From contig CAVWLP010000002.1 in the NCBI GenBank assembly GCA_963755915.1, positions 1,792,001 through 1,856,000 of the forward strand: a stretch of 64,000 nt of DNA, read 5' to 3'. Of the stretch, positions 44,766-54,007 are shown one piece after another. Within the stretch, counting starts at the first letter, position 1. Each line of letters opens with the position of its first letter. A model generated the notes under the pieces. It saw only the letters and a list, made by a program, of their open reading frames with translations. It was not told the origin of the DNA and made no database searches. The DNA is from an uncultured Phycisphaerales bacterium. GTDB taxonomy: Bacteria; Planctomycetota; Phycisphaerae; Tepidisphaerales; Tepidisphaeraceae. A program made the position numbers and the translations under genes.

Positions 44766-45671
44766 ATGATCGACCCCTCTATTAGCGGCCACGACCCTGT
44801 TCTCCTCGCGGAGGTGCTGGAATATCTCGATCCGTCCGCCGGGCAAACCGTGGTTGATTGCACGCTTGGGCGCGGGGGACATGCACTGGCCGTCGGGCAG
44901 CGTCTTGGAGCCGGGGGGCTGCTCATCGGACTGGATGCGGACCCGCGGAATCTGGAATTCGCGGCGGGGCGGCTGGAGTCGCTCCAGTGCCGCCGGCGGC
45001 TTTTTCATGCGAACTTCTCGCGGGTTTCCACGGTTTTGTCGGAAGCCGGGAATCCGCCGGTGAACGCCATCCTTGCGGACCTGGGTATTAGTACCAATCA
45101 GCTCTTCGACGCCCATTACGGATTGAGCTTCGACCGGCCCATGCCGCTGGACATGCGGCTGGACCCCGAACTGCCTGAAAATGCGGCAGACCTTGTGAAT
45201 CGATTGCCCGAAGAATCGCTGGCCAACGTCCTATATGATCTGGCCCAAGAGCGTTATTCCCGCCAAATTGCCAGAAAGATTGTCGAAAGCCGGCGAAGTC
45301 GTCCGATTAAAGATACGGAAGCACTTGCCGAGCTGGTTCGCTCGGCAATTCCGCGTCGGGGCAAAGGCCCGTCGCGGATTGATCCGGCCACGCGAACGTT
45401 TCTCACGCTTCGCATGGCGGTCAACCGGGAAATGGAGAATCTGGCCGAGCTGCTGAAAGAGGCGCCGGCGGGATTGGTTTCCGGTGGACGGCTGGCCGTG
45501 ATCAGCTTTCAGTCGATGGAAGATCGAGCGGTGAAACTGGCGTTTCGGTCGTTGGAGCAGACCGGGGTCTTTAAGGTGATCACCTCGAAGCCCCTCACAC
45601 CCACCTCCGAAGAAATCGCCCGAAACCCCCGATCGCGGTCGGCAAAGATGCGTGTGATTGAGAAATCATGA
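44766..45671 (+). CDS. rsmH: 16S rRNA m4C1402 methyltransferase
   Basis: HDPVLLAEV, DCTLGRGGHA, DLGISTNQL, PLDMRLD, ISFQSMEDR, NPRSRSAKMR. Confidence 0.97.
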   Translation: MIDPSISGHDPVLLAEVLEYLDPSAGQTVVDCTLGRGGHALAVGQRLGAGGLLIGLDADPRNLEFAAGRLESLQCRRRLFHANFSRVSTVLSEAGNPPVNAILADLGISTNQLFDAHYGLSFDRPMPLDMRLDPELPENAADLVNRLPEESLANVLYDLAQERYSRQIARKIVESRRSRPIKDTEALAELVRSAIPRRGKGPSRIDPATRTFLTLRMAVNREMENLAELLKEAPAGLVSGGRLAVISFQSMEDRAVKLAFRSLEQTGVFKVITSKPLTPTSEEIARNPRSRSAKMRVIEKS

Positions 45672-45774
45672 AGTTGCGAGTGACGAGTTGCGAGTTGCGA
45701 GTAAATGCATTTGCGTTTCACTCGCAACCCGCAACTCGCGGCTCGACTGAGCTCGCCGAAGTCAACTCGCAACT
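45672..45774. repeat. Inverted arrays of the 7-mer GAGTTGC/GCAACTC forming a long hairpin
   Basis: AGTTGCGAGTGACGAGTTGCGAGTTGCGAGT followed by ACTCGCAACCCGCAACTCG and CAACTCGCAACT. Confidence 0.75.
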
Positions 45775-45791
45775 GCCTTTGGGAGGCAGAC

Positions 45792-46688
45792 ATGACTCGT
45801 GAAACCAAAATCAGCCTGCTGGTGGGGCTGGCGTTCATCATCGTGATCGGGATTCTCCTGTCGGATCATTTCCGGGCGACGCAGGAGTTGCCGGCGGCGG
45901 TGCTGACGAATATCGGGGACGCGGTGCGCCGAGCAACGGATTCACCGGGCGGGGCGAGTCCGCCGATCAATTTTGTGACGCCGTCGGAGACTTCACCGAA
46001 CCAGCAGGTTGCGACGCATGATGAGCTGGAGAAGTCACCGCCACCGGTGGTGGCTTCGCATGATTATTCGGCCCAGGCGAACAGCACACCGGAGGCGTCG
46101 AACCTGGTTCCGCCACCGGCGCCCGAAGATCACGGCGCGGATGCGCCGTCGCCAGACAAGGCGCTGAGCGACGTGGCGGCTCAAAACGGGGAGCCGATCG
46201 TTCCGGCGCAGGTGGATGGAAGAAACGCTCCGAATACCGAATCTTCTCAGGCCTCGGTGCCTGCGGGTCCGAAGGAATATCGTGCCGAGTCGGGCGATAC
46301 TGTTTCGCGCATGGCGGCGAAATTCATGGGTTCGAACACGCCGGAAAACCGCCAGGCGATCATCAATGCCAACCCATCGCTTCAAGATGATCCGGACATG
46401 GTGATCGTCGGCAAAGCGTACGTGATTCCCGGCACTGGGGACAACAACGGCTCGAGCGAAGTTGCGGTGGTAAATCCCTCAAATTCGACGACCGGGCGAT
46501 ATTTCTACACGGTGAAAGAAGGGGACAGCCTGTGGAGAATCGCGAACGATCAGCTTGGCGATCCTTCGGATGTTGACGCAATTAAATCGCTGAACGAATC
46601 GGTGCTGAAAGGGGACGATCACGACGTGGTTATTCCCGGGATGAAACTGCAACTTCCCGCCAAACCGGTGGCTGCCAGTAACAACTGA
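45792..46688 (+). CDS. Membrane-anchored protein with two LysM domains
   Basis: N-terminal TM helix; YRAESGDTVSRMA..IINAN and YTVKEGDSLWRIA..IKSLN. Confidence 0.9.
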   Translation: MTRETKISLLVGLAFIIVIGILLSDHFRATQELPAAVLTNIGDAVRRATDSPGGASPPINFVTPSETSPNQQVATHDELEKSPPPVVASHDYSAQANSTPEASNLVPPPAPEDHGADAPSPDKALSDVAAQNGEPIVPAQVDGRNAPNTESSQASVPAGPKEYRAESGDTVSRMAAKFMGSNTPENRQAIINANPSLQDDPDMVIVGKAYVIPGTGDNNGSSEVAVVNPSNSTTGRYFYTVKEGDSLWRIANDQLGDPSDVDAIKSLNESVLKGDDHDVVIPGMKLQLPAKPVAASNN

Positions 46689-46693
46689 GACCC

Positions 46694-46975
46694 ATGCTCA
46701 AAATGCTTCTATGCCTGCTCTGTGGTGCCGCAATCGCGGTCGCCCTGCTGGAACTCCGCGAACAGCGGCTGAACCTGACGTTCGAAACCAACAAGCTGCA
46801 TAACGAAATCGAAGCGAGCCAGCTTCAGCTCTGGAACCAGCAGATGGCGATAGCCGTGGCGACGGCGCCGAATGCACTGGCGGCGTCGACGAAGGATAAG
46901 GATCTGAAGCTTTCGGCGGGGAATGCGGCGATCAAGCGATCGTGGGTGGATGATCCGGATGCGGGAAATCAGTAG
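46694..46975 (+). CDS. FtsL-like small bitopic coiled-coil protein
   Basis: 93 aa, TM helix then heptad pattern; lies between rsmH and ftsI (positional inference). Confidence 0.55.
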   Translation: MLKMLLCLLCGAAIAVALLELREQRLNLTFETNKLHNEIEASQLQLWNQQMAIAVATAPNALAASTKDKDLKLSAGNAAIKRSWVDDPDAGNQ

Positions 46976-46990
46976 CTCTGCGAAATCCAG

Positions 46991-47023
46991 TTGACTTCCG
47001 ATCACTTCGGGTACAAAATGTAC
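46991..47023 (+). promoter_or_regulatory. higBA promoter/operator
   Basis: TTGACT-N17-CAAAAT; palindrome GTACA-AAA-TGTAC over the -10 box. Confidence 0.7.
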
Positions 47024-47027
47024 ACGG

Positions 47028-47345
47028 ATGCGGGTGATCAGCAAGCGGCGGCTGCGTGAGTTCTGGGAAATGTACGCTGACGCTCACAACCCGCTTGAAG
47101 CGTGGTTCAAGGCGGCGGAAAAGGCCGATTGGGCCAATTTCGCCGATGTGCGGGCAACCTTTGCCAATGCCTCGGGAGTCCCGCTTCAATGTGGAATCAC
47201 GGCGATTGTCTTCAATATCGGCGGCAATAAATATCGCTTAATTACGCGCATTGAGTACCGATTCCACGTGGTTTACGTAAAGATGGTTCTAACTCATCGC
47301 CAATATGACACGGGCGGATGGAAGGATGAACTATGCGGCGGTTGA
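47028..47345 (+). CDS. higB: HigB-type toxin
   Basis: MRVISKRRLREFW..LEAW..W.NFADVR..VFNIGGNKYRLI..VLTHRQYD. Confidence 0.93.
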   Translation: MRVISKRRLREFWEMYADAHNPLEAWFKAAEKADWANFADVRATFANASGVPLQCGITAIVFNIGGNKYRLITRIEYRFHVVYVKMVLTHRQYDTGGWKDELCGG

Positions 47346-47752
47346 AAACACGTCTCGAGAAGCTACCGGCGAATTTCGCCGATCTAGTCCGTTTGTATCC
47401 CCCCCAGGCAATTCATGATGAGGTTGGCTACGCCAATACACAGGAAATGATCGACCGTCTGACTTCCCTTCCGAAGCTTACGGCGGGCCAATCCGAGTAT
47501 CTTGAAACGCTGACAATTCTATTTGAAGCTTATGAAAATGAGCATGAACGCATCGACACAAGCCGTCTTTCTCCGCTGGAAATGCTGCGCTTTCTGCTCG
47601 ATTCCAATGGAATGACGGGTTCTGACCTGGGCCGGCTTCTGGGAAATCGGGAGCTGGGCCCCAAGATCCTGAATGGTTCTCGCCAATTGAGTAAAGCACA
47701 CATCCGCGTGCTCGCCGACCGCTTTAAGGTCGATGCCGGGTTGTTCTTATAG
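47333..47752 (+). CDS. higA: HigA-type antitoxin (HTH)
   Basis: YLETLTILFEAYE, PLEMLRFLL, ILNGSRQLSKAHIRVLADRF. Confidence 0.9.
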   Translation: MRRLKTRLEKLPANFADLVRLYPPQAIHDEVGYANTQEMIDRLTSLPKLTAGQSEYLETLTILFEAYENEHERIDTSRLSPLEMLRFLLDSNGMTGSDLGRLLGNRELGPKILNGSRQLSKAHIRVLADRFKVDAGLFL

Positions 47753-47841
47753 TCTGCGGTCGCTGGCGGCTTACAGCTCTCCTGCATCCGCCATTTTTAT
47801 CGTAATCCCCCCGATTTGCCGATCTATTATCGGACCATTCC

Positions 47842-49706
47842 ATGCCCACGTTTTCTACCATTCTGCGCGGATCGTTGTCCTGCTGATCGTCGGCTTGTTC
47901 GCGGCGCTCATCGGACGGGTGGGATACCTGCAAACTTACGGGCGCGATGCGACCATCTCCCGGGCGGATCGTCAGCAGCACCTGGTGATGAATCTGCCGG
48001 CCCGGCGCGGGAACATCGACGATCGCAACGGGCTGATCATGGCGGGATCGGTTGAGACGCGGAATCTCTTCATCGACCCGAAGTTCATGCAGGATGCCTT
48101 TCAGGAAGATGGGCGCAGCCTGAATGACATGGACGATGCGCTCGGGAAGCTGGCCAAGATCATCGACAAGGATCCGTTTGAACTGGCCAAGCTGCTGGGG
48201 GATCGCGCTACCAGCCGGTTCGTCAAGGTCGCGGAAGACCTTGATGATGGGACCGTGCAGCAGATTCAGGCGATGAACCTTCCCGGCGTTGGCATCGATA
48301 CGGGCAGCGCACGGTGCTACCCGATGGGGGCGCTGGCCGCTCATGTGCTTGGGGGCGTTGGGTCGGACGATTCGGGGCTCGATGGGCTGGAACTGGAGTA
48401 CAACTCGCTTCTGACGGGCAAGCCGGGCTTTGCGCGGGAGATGAAAGATGCGCAGCGGCGGCCGATTGGGGTTGATGCGCAGGACTACGTGCCGCCGCGC
48501 CATGGGCAACATATTGTTCTCACGATTGACGCGAATCTGCAGATGATCGCGGAGGAGGAACTTCGGGATGCCGTGGAGCATGTGCATGGGAAGCGCGGGG
48601 AATTCATTGCGATGGATCCGTGGACGGGGGAGATCCTGGCGCTGGCGAATTATCCCACGTTCAATCCGGGCACGCTCAGTGATTCGACTCCCGATGAGAG
48701 GCGGGATAGTGCGCTGATCGCTCCTTACGAGCCGGGCTCGACGTTCAAGCCCTTTATTGCAGGGCCGGCGTTTATGTGGAATGTCACCACGCCGTGGGAA
48801 GTGTGGGATATTCCGGGGATCACCTGGTTTACGCCATATGGGCGGGCGATCACGGATGTGGAGCATTACGGGAATTTGTGTACGTGGGATGGGCTGGTGA
48901 AATCGAGCAATATTCTCATGTCGCAGCTTGCGGAGCGGATGGGCAATGCACGGCTGCACGATGCAATTACCCGGTTCGGGTTTGGGAAGAGGACGGGGAT
49001 CGATTTGCCGCGCGAGGATTCAGGGGTCGTTTACAATTTGCGGAAGTGGACGCGGAAGAGCACGGAATCGGTGGCGCAGGGGTATGAGGTGATGGTTACG
49101 CCGCTGCAGCTTGCGCGGGCGTTTAGCGTTTATGCGAATGGGGGGAAGCTGGTGACGCCGCACCTGCTGCTGGGGACGGTGGATCCGGATGGGAACATCA
49201 TGTCTCGGCGGCGATCGGCGAGTTTTGATTCGTTGCCGGAGGTGATGGACCCGCAGATCACGGCAGAGATGCGGCGAATTCTGTGCGATGTGGTGATCCG
49301 CGGGACGGCGGAGGGGATGCGGAGCAAGACGTGGAATATTTCGGGCAAGACGGGAACGGCGCACATTGCCGAGGGGCATGGGTATAGCCCGACGCGGTTC
49401 AACAGCAGCTTCATGTGCATGGCGCCGTATGAGAATCCGCGAATCGTTGTCGTGTGCGTGATTCATGATCCCGACCGGGCGATCGCGCACTACGGCGGTA
49501 AAGTGGCGGCGCCGGCGGCGGTGAAGTTTATCGAGCGGGCGTTTACGTATATGGAAGTGCCGGCTTCGCCGGATTTGCCGCTGCCGGATCCTAAGGTTGC
49601 GAGCGTGCTGTGGGATTATTCGGATAAGGCTTATACGGATCGGAATGTGGGGGCGATGAAGGAGGGGGATGATACGGAGACTGCGCAGGTGGATGGGAAT
49701 CAGTGA
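47842..49706 (+). CDS. ftsI: Class B penicillin-binding protein (FtsI/PBP3-like); start approximate
   Basis: RRGNIDDRNG, RCYPMG, GLELEYN, LTIDANLQ; active-site EPGSTFK, KSSN, GKTGT. Confidence 0.9.
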
Positions 49707-49762
49707 TGGATTCAGCAGTTCTATGAACGTCCCAAGGGCGTTTGGATTTACCTTCTACCTGG

Positions 49763-50065
49763 CTATTCGCCTTTTGAGGATTTTTGGGAGGATCCCAGCC
49801 AATACCCAACTAAGCCGGGCCAAACCAAAGTCGCTACGACCGCGTGCAAAAGCAAGGTAAGCACGTACCCTAGCCGGTACAACAACCCGCGCGGTGCGGA
49901 CGAAATCTGTGGCAAGTGCATAGCCCGTTCGTCAATTTGGTGCTGACCGGGCGGGGCCGTCTCGTTTTTACGCCGCGCGTCACGCCATGCGAGCAGAAAA
50001 AGGGCAAGCCACAAGCACGGCACGAAGCAGAGGAGCCCAAGCAGTACATTTGCTAGAAAATGCAC
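49763..50065 (-). CDS. Small hypothetical membrane protein
   Basis: Two hydrophobic segments; TATAAT 6 nt upstream of the GTG start. Confidence 0.5.
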   Translation of the reverse strand: MHFLANVLLGLLCFVPCLWLALFLLAWRDARRKNETAPPGQHQIDERAMHLPQISSAPRGLLYRLGYVLTLLLHAVVATLVWPGLVGYWLGSSQKSSKGE

Positions 50066-50434
50066 GATGAGATTATACTTGGTGGGTGCAACAAGGAACC
50101 CATCGGCATGATGGCATTCCCGGAGATAGGGGACGCGTGCTAACGTTCAATCGCTTTCTGATAGATCGGTCGCGACATCACTGCGATTATGGTTTACGGG
50201 CTCAATTCGATCGGCATCGGATCAAGACATTAAGGCTGGACAGGTTTATGAATTCGTAGACGAAGCGACCAGCTTTTTAAAAGCAAATGCGAATGCAATG
50301 CAGGAGGGGCGAGGGGGGAATCAGGCGAGATTTAGATGCATGGGGCCTCAATGGTTTCCCCCCCTCGCCCCTCCCGTACCCTGCCCACTCCTCCCGCCTT
50401 TTGCGCTCAACTTGGATCGTGGGACGGAGGGAAA

Positions 50435-50480
50435 CCCCCTCCCCCCACCCTCCCCCGGCGTACCGGGGGCGGGGGAAAAA
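50435..50480 (+). repeat. REP-like element, family B
   Basis: CCCTCCCCCGGCGTACCGGGGGCGGGGGAAAAA. Confidence 0.8.
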
Positions 50481-50511
50481 AGCGGCATGCCGAGGCAAGG
50501 TCCGGCTGCGC

Positions 50512-51606
50512 CTATTCCATCATCATTGCATCCCCGTAACTGAAAAAGCGATACCGCTCTGCTATCGCCTCCTGGTAAATCCGCCGCTGCTCTTCCAGTC
50601 CCGTCATCGCGGCTACCAGGGCGATCAGTGTGCTGCGGGGCAGGTGGAAATTTGTGATGAGGGCGCCGACGTACTTCCAGCGGTAGGGGGGGTAGATGAA
50701 GATATTTGTGCTCCCGGCACCGGCGGCGATTGGGCGATCGTCCGGCTGGCTTTCCAGAACGCGGGCTGAAGTTGTCCCGACGGCGATGAGGCGGCGGTTT
50801 TCTTTTTTTGCGCGGTTGAGGGTATGGGCGGCCTGGTCGCTGATCGCGTAACTTTCGCTGTGCATCGCGTGAGCGGCGAGCGTGTCGGATGTGATCGGCT
50901 TAAATGTTCCTGCCCCAACGTGCAGGGTCACCATCACCCGCTCGATTCCCATCCCTTCCAGACGCTGCAAAATCTCCGGTGTAAAATGTAAGCCCGCCGT
51001 TGGCGCGGCGACGGCGCCCGGCTGGTGGGCATAAACCGTCTGATACCGCTGCCGATCCATCTCATCCCGCTCATCGCTCTGTTTTTGCCTGCGAATATAG
51101 GGCGGGAGGGGCATTCGGCCGATTTGCATGAGCAACTGCACTGCTGGAATTGCCTGCGAAAGTCCGATCACAAATTCGCCGGCTCCGCGACGCTCCAAAA
51201 CCCGGACGGGCAGCCCTCCCTCTTCATCTGCCTTGGTACTTCCGGGGAGGGGGAGGGTGAGGATGGGGTCGGAATTTCCGAGGTCCTTTAAAAGAACGAG
51301 CCATTTTCTCGGTTCTATTTGTTGAAGAAACAACGCCTCGACCTTTCCCCCTGTCTGCTTGCGCAAATAAAAGCGGGCGGGAATTACCTTCGAGTCGTTG
51401 AAGACCATCACGTCGCCGGGGCGCAGGATCGAGGGAAGGTCCGAGAACTTGCGATGGTGAATCTCGCGCGTTGGGCGAGCGTAATGAAGGAGGCGTGATT
51501 CGCCGCGGTTTGGTGGGGGCGTTTGCGCGATCAGCTCTGGCGGAAGTTGAAAATCCAAATGCTCGGTTCGCATCGGGGCATGTTGCTTTGGGGCATCATC
51601 CGGCAT
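50512..51606 (-). CDS. queA: SAM:tRNA ribosyltransferase-isomerase (start may be 51572)
   Basis: LPPELIAQTP, FNDSKVIPAR, MPLPPYI, YQTVYA, AAPTAGLHF, TNFHLPRSTL, YRFFSYGDAM. Confidence 0.97.
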   Translation of the reverse strand: MPDDAPKQHAPMRTEHLDFQLPPELIAQTPPPNRGESRLLHYARPTREIHHRKFSDLPSILRPGDVMVFNDSKVIPARFYLRKQTGGKVEALFLQQIEPRKWLVLLKDLGNSDPILTLPLPGSTKADEEGGLPVRVLERRGAGEFVIGLSQAIPAVQLLMQIGRMPLPPYIRRQKQSDERDEMDRQRYQTVYAHQPGAVAAPTAGLHFTPEILQRLEGMGIERVMVTLHVGAGTFKPITSDTLAAHAMHSESYAISDQAAHTLNRAKKENRRLIAVGTTSARVLESQPDDRPIAAGAGSTNIFIYPPYRWKYVGALITNFHLPRSTLIALVAAMTGLEEQRRIYQEAIAERYRFFSYGDAMMME

Positions 51607-51732
51607 AAACGGACCAGTTTGACATCGCGCACATTGATCGCATAAAAATTTGTTTGCCGCAATATTCAAGGCGTTTTTTATCGCTGGCGCAGATTTGGCA
51701 CGGGCATCCATGGCCTTTGCTCACTGCTGCGC

Positions 51733-52170
51733 GTGGCGGCGGTTTCGAACGTCAATCTTCTGGTCGCGACGCTTCAGCTTCAACTGACGCAGTCGATCAT
51801 TGCGGCGATTCGGACGGCCGACCTTACGACGGCGGCCCATAGAGGTTCGCCAGGTTGCCCGGTCGATACGTTCTGCTGCGGCGGGAGGGGGACGATAACA
51901 CCGGAGCCTCGCTATTTACCCAGGCGGGTGCTTCATCCGACGCCGCGGTATCTACCGAGGCCGGTGCTGCATCCGCGGGCGCGGATTGAGCCGCGTCCGG
52001 CGCCGCCGCCGGCTCCTTCGGCGAAGACACCGACGATAACGGCGGGGCCGCAGCCACCGTGGAAAACGGTGCCATGGAAGGAACCGTTGCCGGCGGCGGA
52101 CGTAATAAAGGTAGTCGTGCGTCAACCCGATACGGTGACTAAGGGAACTTTGATCGATTTGTTCCTTTAG
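51733..52170 (+). CDS. Pro-rich hypothetical protein
   Basis: Internal repeat PRYLPRxVLHP x2; C-terminal KGTLIDLFL. Confidence 0.55.
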   Translation: MAAVSNVNLLVATLQLQLTQSIIAAIRTADLTTAAHRGSPGCPVDTFCCGGRGTITPEPRYLPRRVLHPTPRYLPRPVLHPRARIEPRPAPPPAPSAKTPTITAGPQPPWKTVPWKEPLPAADVIKVVVRQPDTVTKGTLIDLFL

Positions 52171-52188
52171 GCTTCGGGAGAAATTGAT

Positions 52189-52416
52189 ATGCTTCAGTCC
52201 GATCAAGTCGAAGAGCTGATCACGCTGGTTTCAAGTTTGGACAAGCCTGCCCTGGTTCGACAATTCAGCGAATATCCTTCCAAGTTTCCGGTGGATTTCA
52301 CGAGCGATTTTCTGGATCGCCAGCCGCTGGATCGGCTTCGGCATCTATTCCTTGCCTTGTGCCTTCAGACGCAGCGCATGCCGCCTGCGGCGTGCGAGAC
52401 GGCGGAAGTTGCCTGA
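52189..52416 (+). CDS. Small hypothetical protein
   Basis: GGAG RBS; helical composition, FPVDFTSDFL..LDRLRHLFLALC. Confidence 0.65.
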   Translation: MLQSDQVEELITLVSSLDKPALVRQFSEYPSKFPVDFTSDFLDRQPLDRLRHLFLALCLQTQRMPPAACETAEVA

Positions 52417-52521
52417 GGGCATCAGTCCTATAAATCCTACTGCTCACGTGGTGCGCGCTTGATCGCCGATCTTGGTTCGGCTGGATGGCGTTGCGCTGAT
52501 CCTGGCCAGATTGAGCTTCGG

Positions 52522-52565
52522 CCCCCACCCTGACCCTCCCCCGGATTACCAGGGGAGGGGAAAAA
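52522..52565 (+). repeat. REP-like element, family B
   Basis: CCCCCACCCTGACCCTCCCCCGGATTACCAGGGGAGGGGAAAAA. Confidence 0.75.
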
Positions 52566-52618
52566 GACGGCGCGTGGTGGGGAATTGGCGTCAGGCATTG
52601 ATCGCCCGGAAAGGCAAA

Positions 52619-52903
52619 ATGTCCAAACCGATTCCGCATTGCCCGTTTCTGGATGGGGGGGACCATCGGTGTTCTAATTGTTTTCGGCTGGAAGATCTGA
52701 AGCACGCGTTCAAGTTTTGTTTTGGGAGGTATCGGGCGTGCCCGACGTATCTGGATCTTCAAGTGGAGGGGCGGATGCGAATGATGGGTTGTAAACTGCC
52801 GGAGGCTGTGCGCGATGGCGAACATGGTATCACGGAAGATTCCGTCGCGGACGCGGGTGAGCGAGCCGCGGTTGCCGCTGCTGCTCACGTTTCTTGCGAC
52901 TGA
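52619..52903 (+). CDS. Small Cys-rich hypothetical protein
   Basis: HCPFL..RCSNCF..FCFGRYRACPTY, possible metal site; overlaps the xerD start. Confidence 0.55.
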   Translation: MSKPIPHCPFLDGGDHRCSNCFRLEDLKHAFKFCFGRYRACPTYLDLQVEGRMRMMGCKLPEAVRDGEHGITEDSVADAGERAAVAAAAHVSCD

Positions 52904-53741
52904 GCGCGGGCTGGCGGAAAATTCGATTCACGCATATCGGCGAGACCTGGAAGACCTTTCTGAATTCCTCACCATTCGCAAGCGCGATTTCCAGTCGGCG
53001 GAAGCGCGCGACTACCGGGAATATCTGCACGATCAATCGCGCGGGGGGAAGTCGACGCGGACGGTGGCGCGGCGGCTGGCGGCGATTCGGGTGATGCTGC
53101 GATTCTTCGCTTCGGAGGATGGGAAATCCGCGGGGATTCTTCAGCAACTTGACCGGCCTAAGCCGGAGCAGTCTTTGCCGAAGATTTTGAGCCGGGCGCA
53201 GGTGAATCAGCTTATTGGGGCGCCGAATCCGAAGTCGTCGCTTTATTTGCGGGATGTGGCGATTCTGGAATTGCTGTATGCGAGCGGATTGCGGGCTACG
53301 GAATTGTGCACGCTGAAGCTGCGCGATCTGAATACCAGCGTGGGGGTGATTCGGGTTTTTGGGAAGGGGTCGAAGGAGCGGGTCGTGCCGGTGGGGAGGG
53401 CGGCGATTGTCGCGATTGAGCGGTATCTGGCGGAATGCCGGCCGGGGCTTTTGCGGGGGGAAAGTGAGTACCTGATGGTTTCGCGGAGCGGGAAGCCGCT
53501 GGATCGGATTGCGCTTTGGATGCTGGTGGAGAAGTATGGGCGCAGGAGCGGGATTCTGCGGCAGGTTTCGCCGCATACGCTGCGGCACTGTTTTGCGACG
53601 CATCTGATTGGGGGCGGGGCGGATCTGCGTGTCGTGCAGGAATTACTGGGGCATAGCGATATCAGCACGACGCAGATTTATACGCATGTGGATCAGGATC
53701 GGTTGAAGGCGATTCATAAGAAGTTTCATCCGAGGAAATAG
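52815..53741 (+). CDS. xerD: Tyrosine recombinase XerD
   Basis: ERGLAENSIHAYRRDL, LPKILS, LYASGLRATE, GKGSKERVVP, SPHTLRHCFATHL, LLGHSDISTTQIYTHV. Confidence 0.92.
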   Translation: MANMVSRKIPSRTRVSEPRLPLLLTFLATERGLAENSIHAYRRDLEDLSEFLTIRKRDFQSAEARDYREYLHDQSRGGKSTRTVARRLAAIRVMLRFFASEDGKSAGILQQLDRPKPEQSLPKILSRAQVNQLIGAPNPKSSLYLRDVAILELLYASGLRATELCTLKLRDLNTSVGVIRVFGKGSKERVVPVGRAAIVAIERYLAECRPGLLRGESEYLMVSRSGKPLDRIALWMLVEKYGRRSGILRQVSPHTLRHCFATHLIGGGADLRVVQELLGHSDISTTQIYTHVDQDRLKAIHKKFHPRK

Positions 53742-53744
53742 GTT

Positions 53745-53977
53745 TCAGCGCGACCTTTGACGTCGGCCGTTGGTGATTACTTCAAGTGCGGTGACCAACA
53801 GCAAGTCAACTATCTCGAAAGAGCCATTATTGAGGTGAACTGTGGCGATCCGACTCCGCGGAGCATAGGCCAGCATCTCGGGATGCATTACGGGCAGGCC
53901 TGGCCATCACCCAAGCGCAGATAAAAAGGTCTGAACGGTCGGGCAATATGCACTCGATGCAATTCATCGGTGGTCAT
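53745..53977 (-). CDS. Small hypothetical protein missing from the ORF track (frameshift near 53900)
   Basis: Rejoined MTTDELHRVHIARPFRPFYLRLGDG..LPVMHPEMLAYAPRSRIATVHLNNGSFEIVDLLLVTALEVITNGRRQRSR*; TATAAT 6 nt upstream. Confidence 0.6.
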
Positions 53978-54007
53978 GACTAAATTATAACTAATCCCAA
54001 AAGACTT

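Noticed and set aside
47330-47345. HigB ends in Gly-Gly like a ubiquitin-like protein
   Set aside because: It is a clear HigB sequence about 35 kb from the cassette, and the tail overlaps the higA start; probably coincidence.
51685-51721. Sigma54-like TGGCAC upstream of the 51733 gene
   Set aside because: There is no TTGC at the required spacing.
52815-53741. Phage or island integrase
   Set aside because: Length and motifs fit chromosomal XerD; no tRNA, att site or phage genes are nearby.
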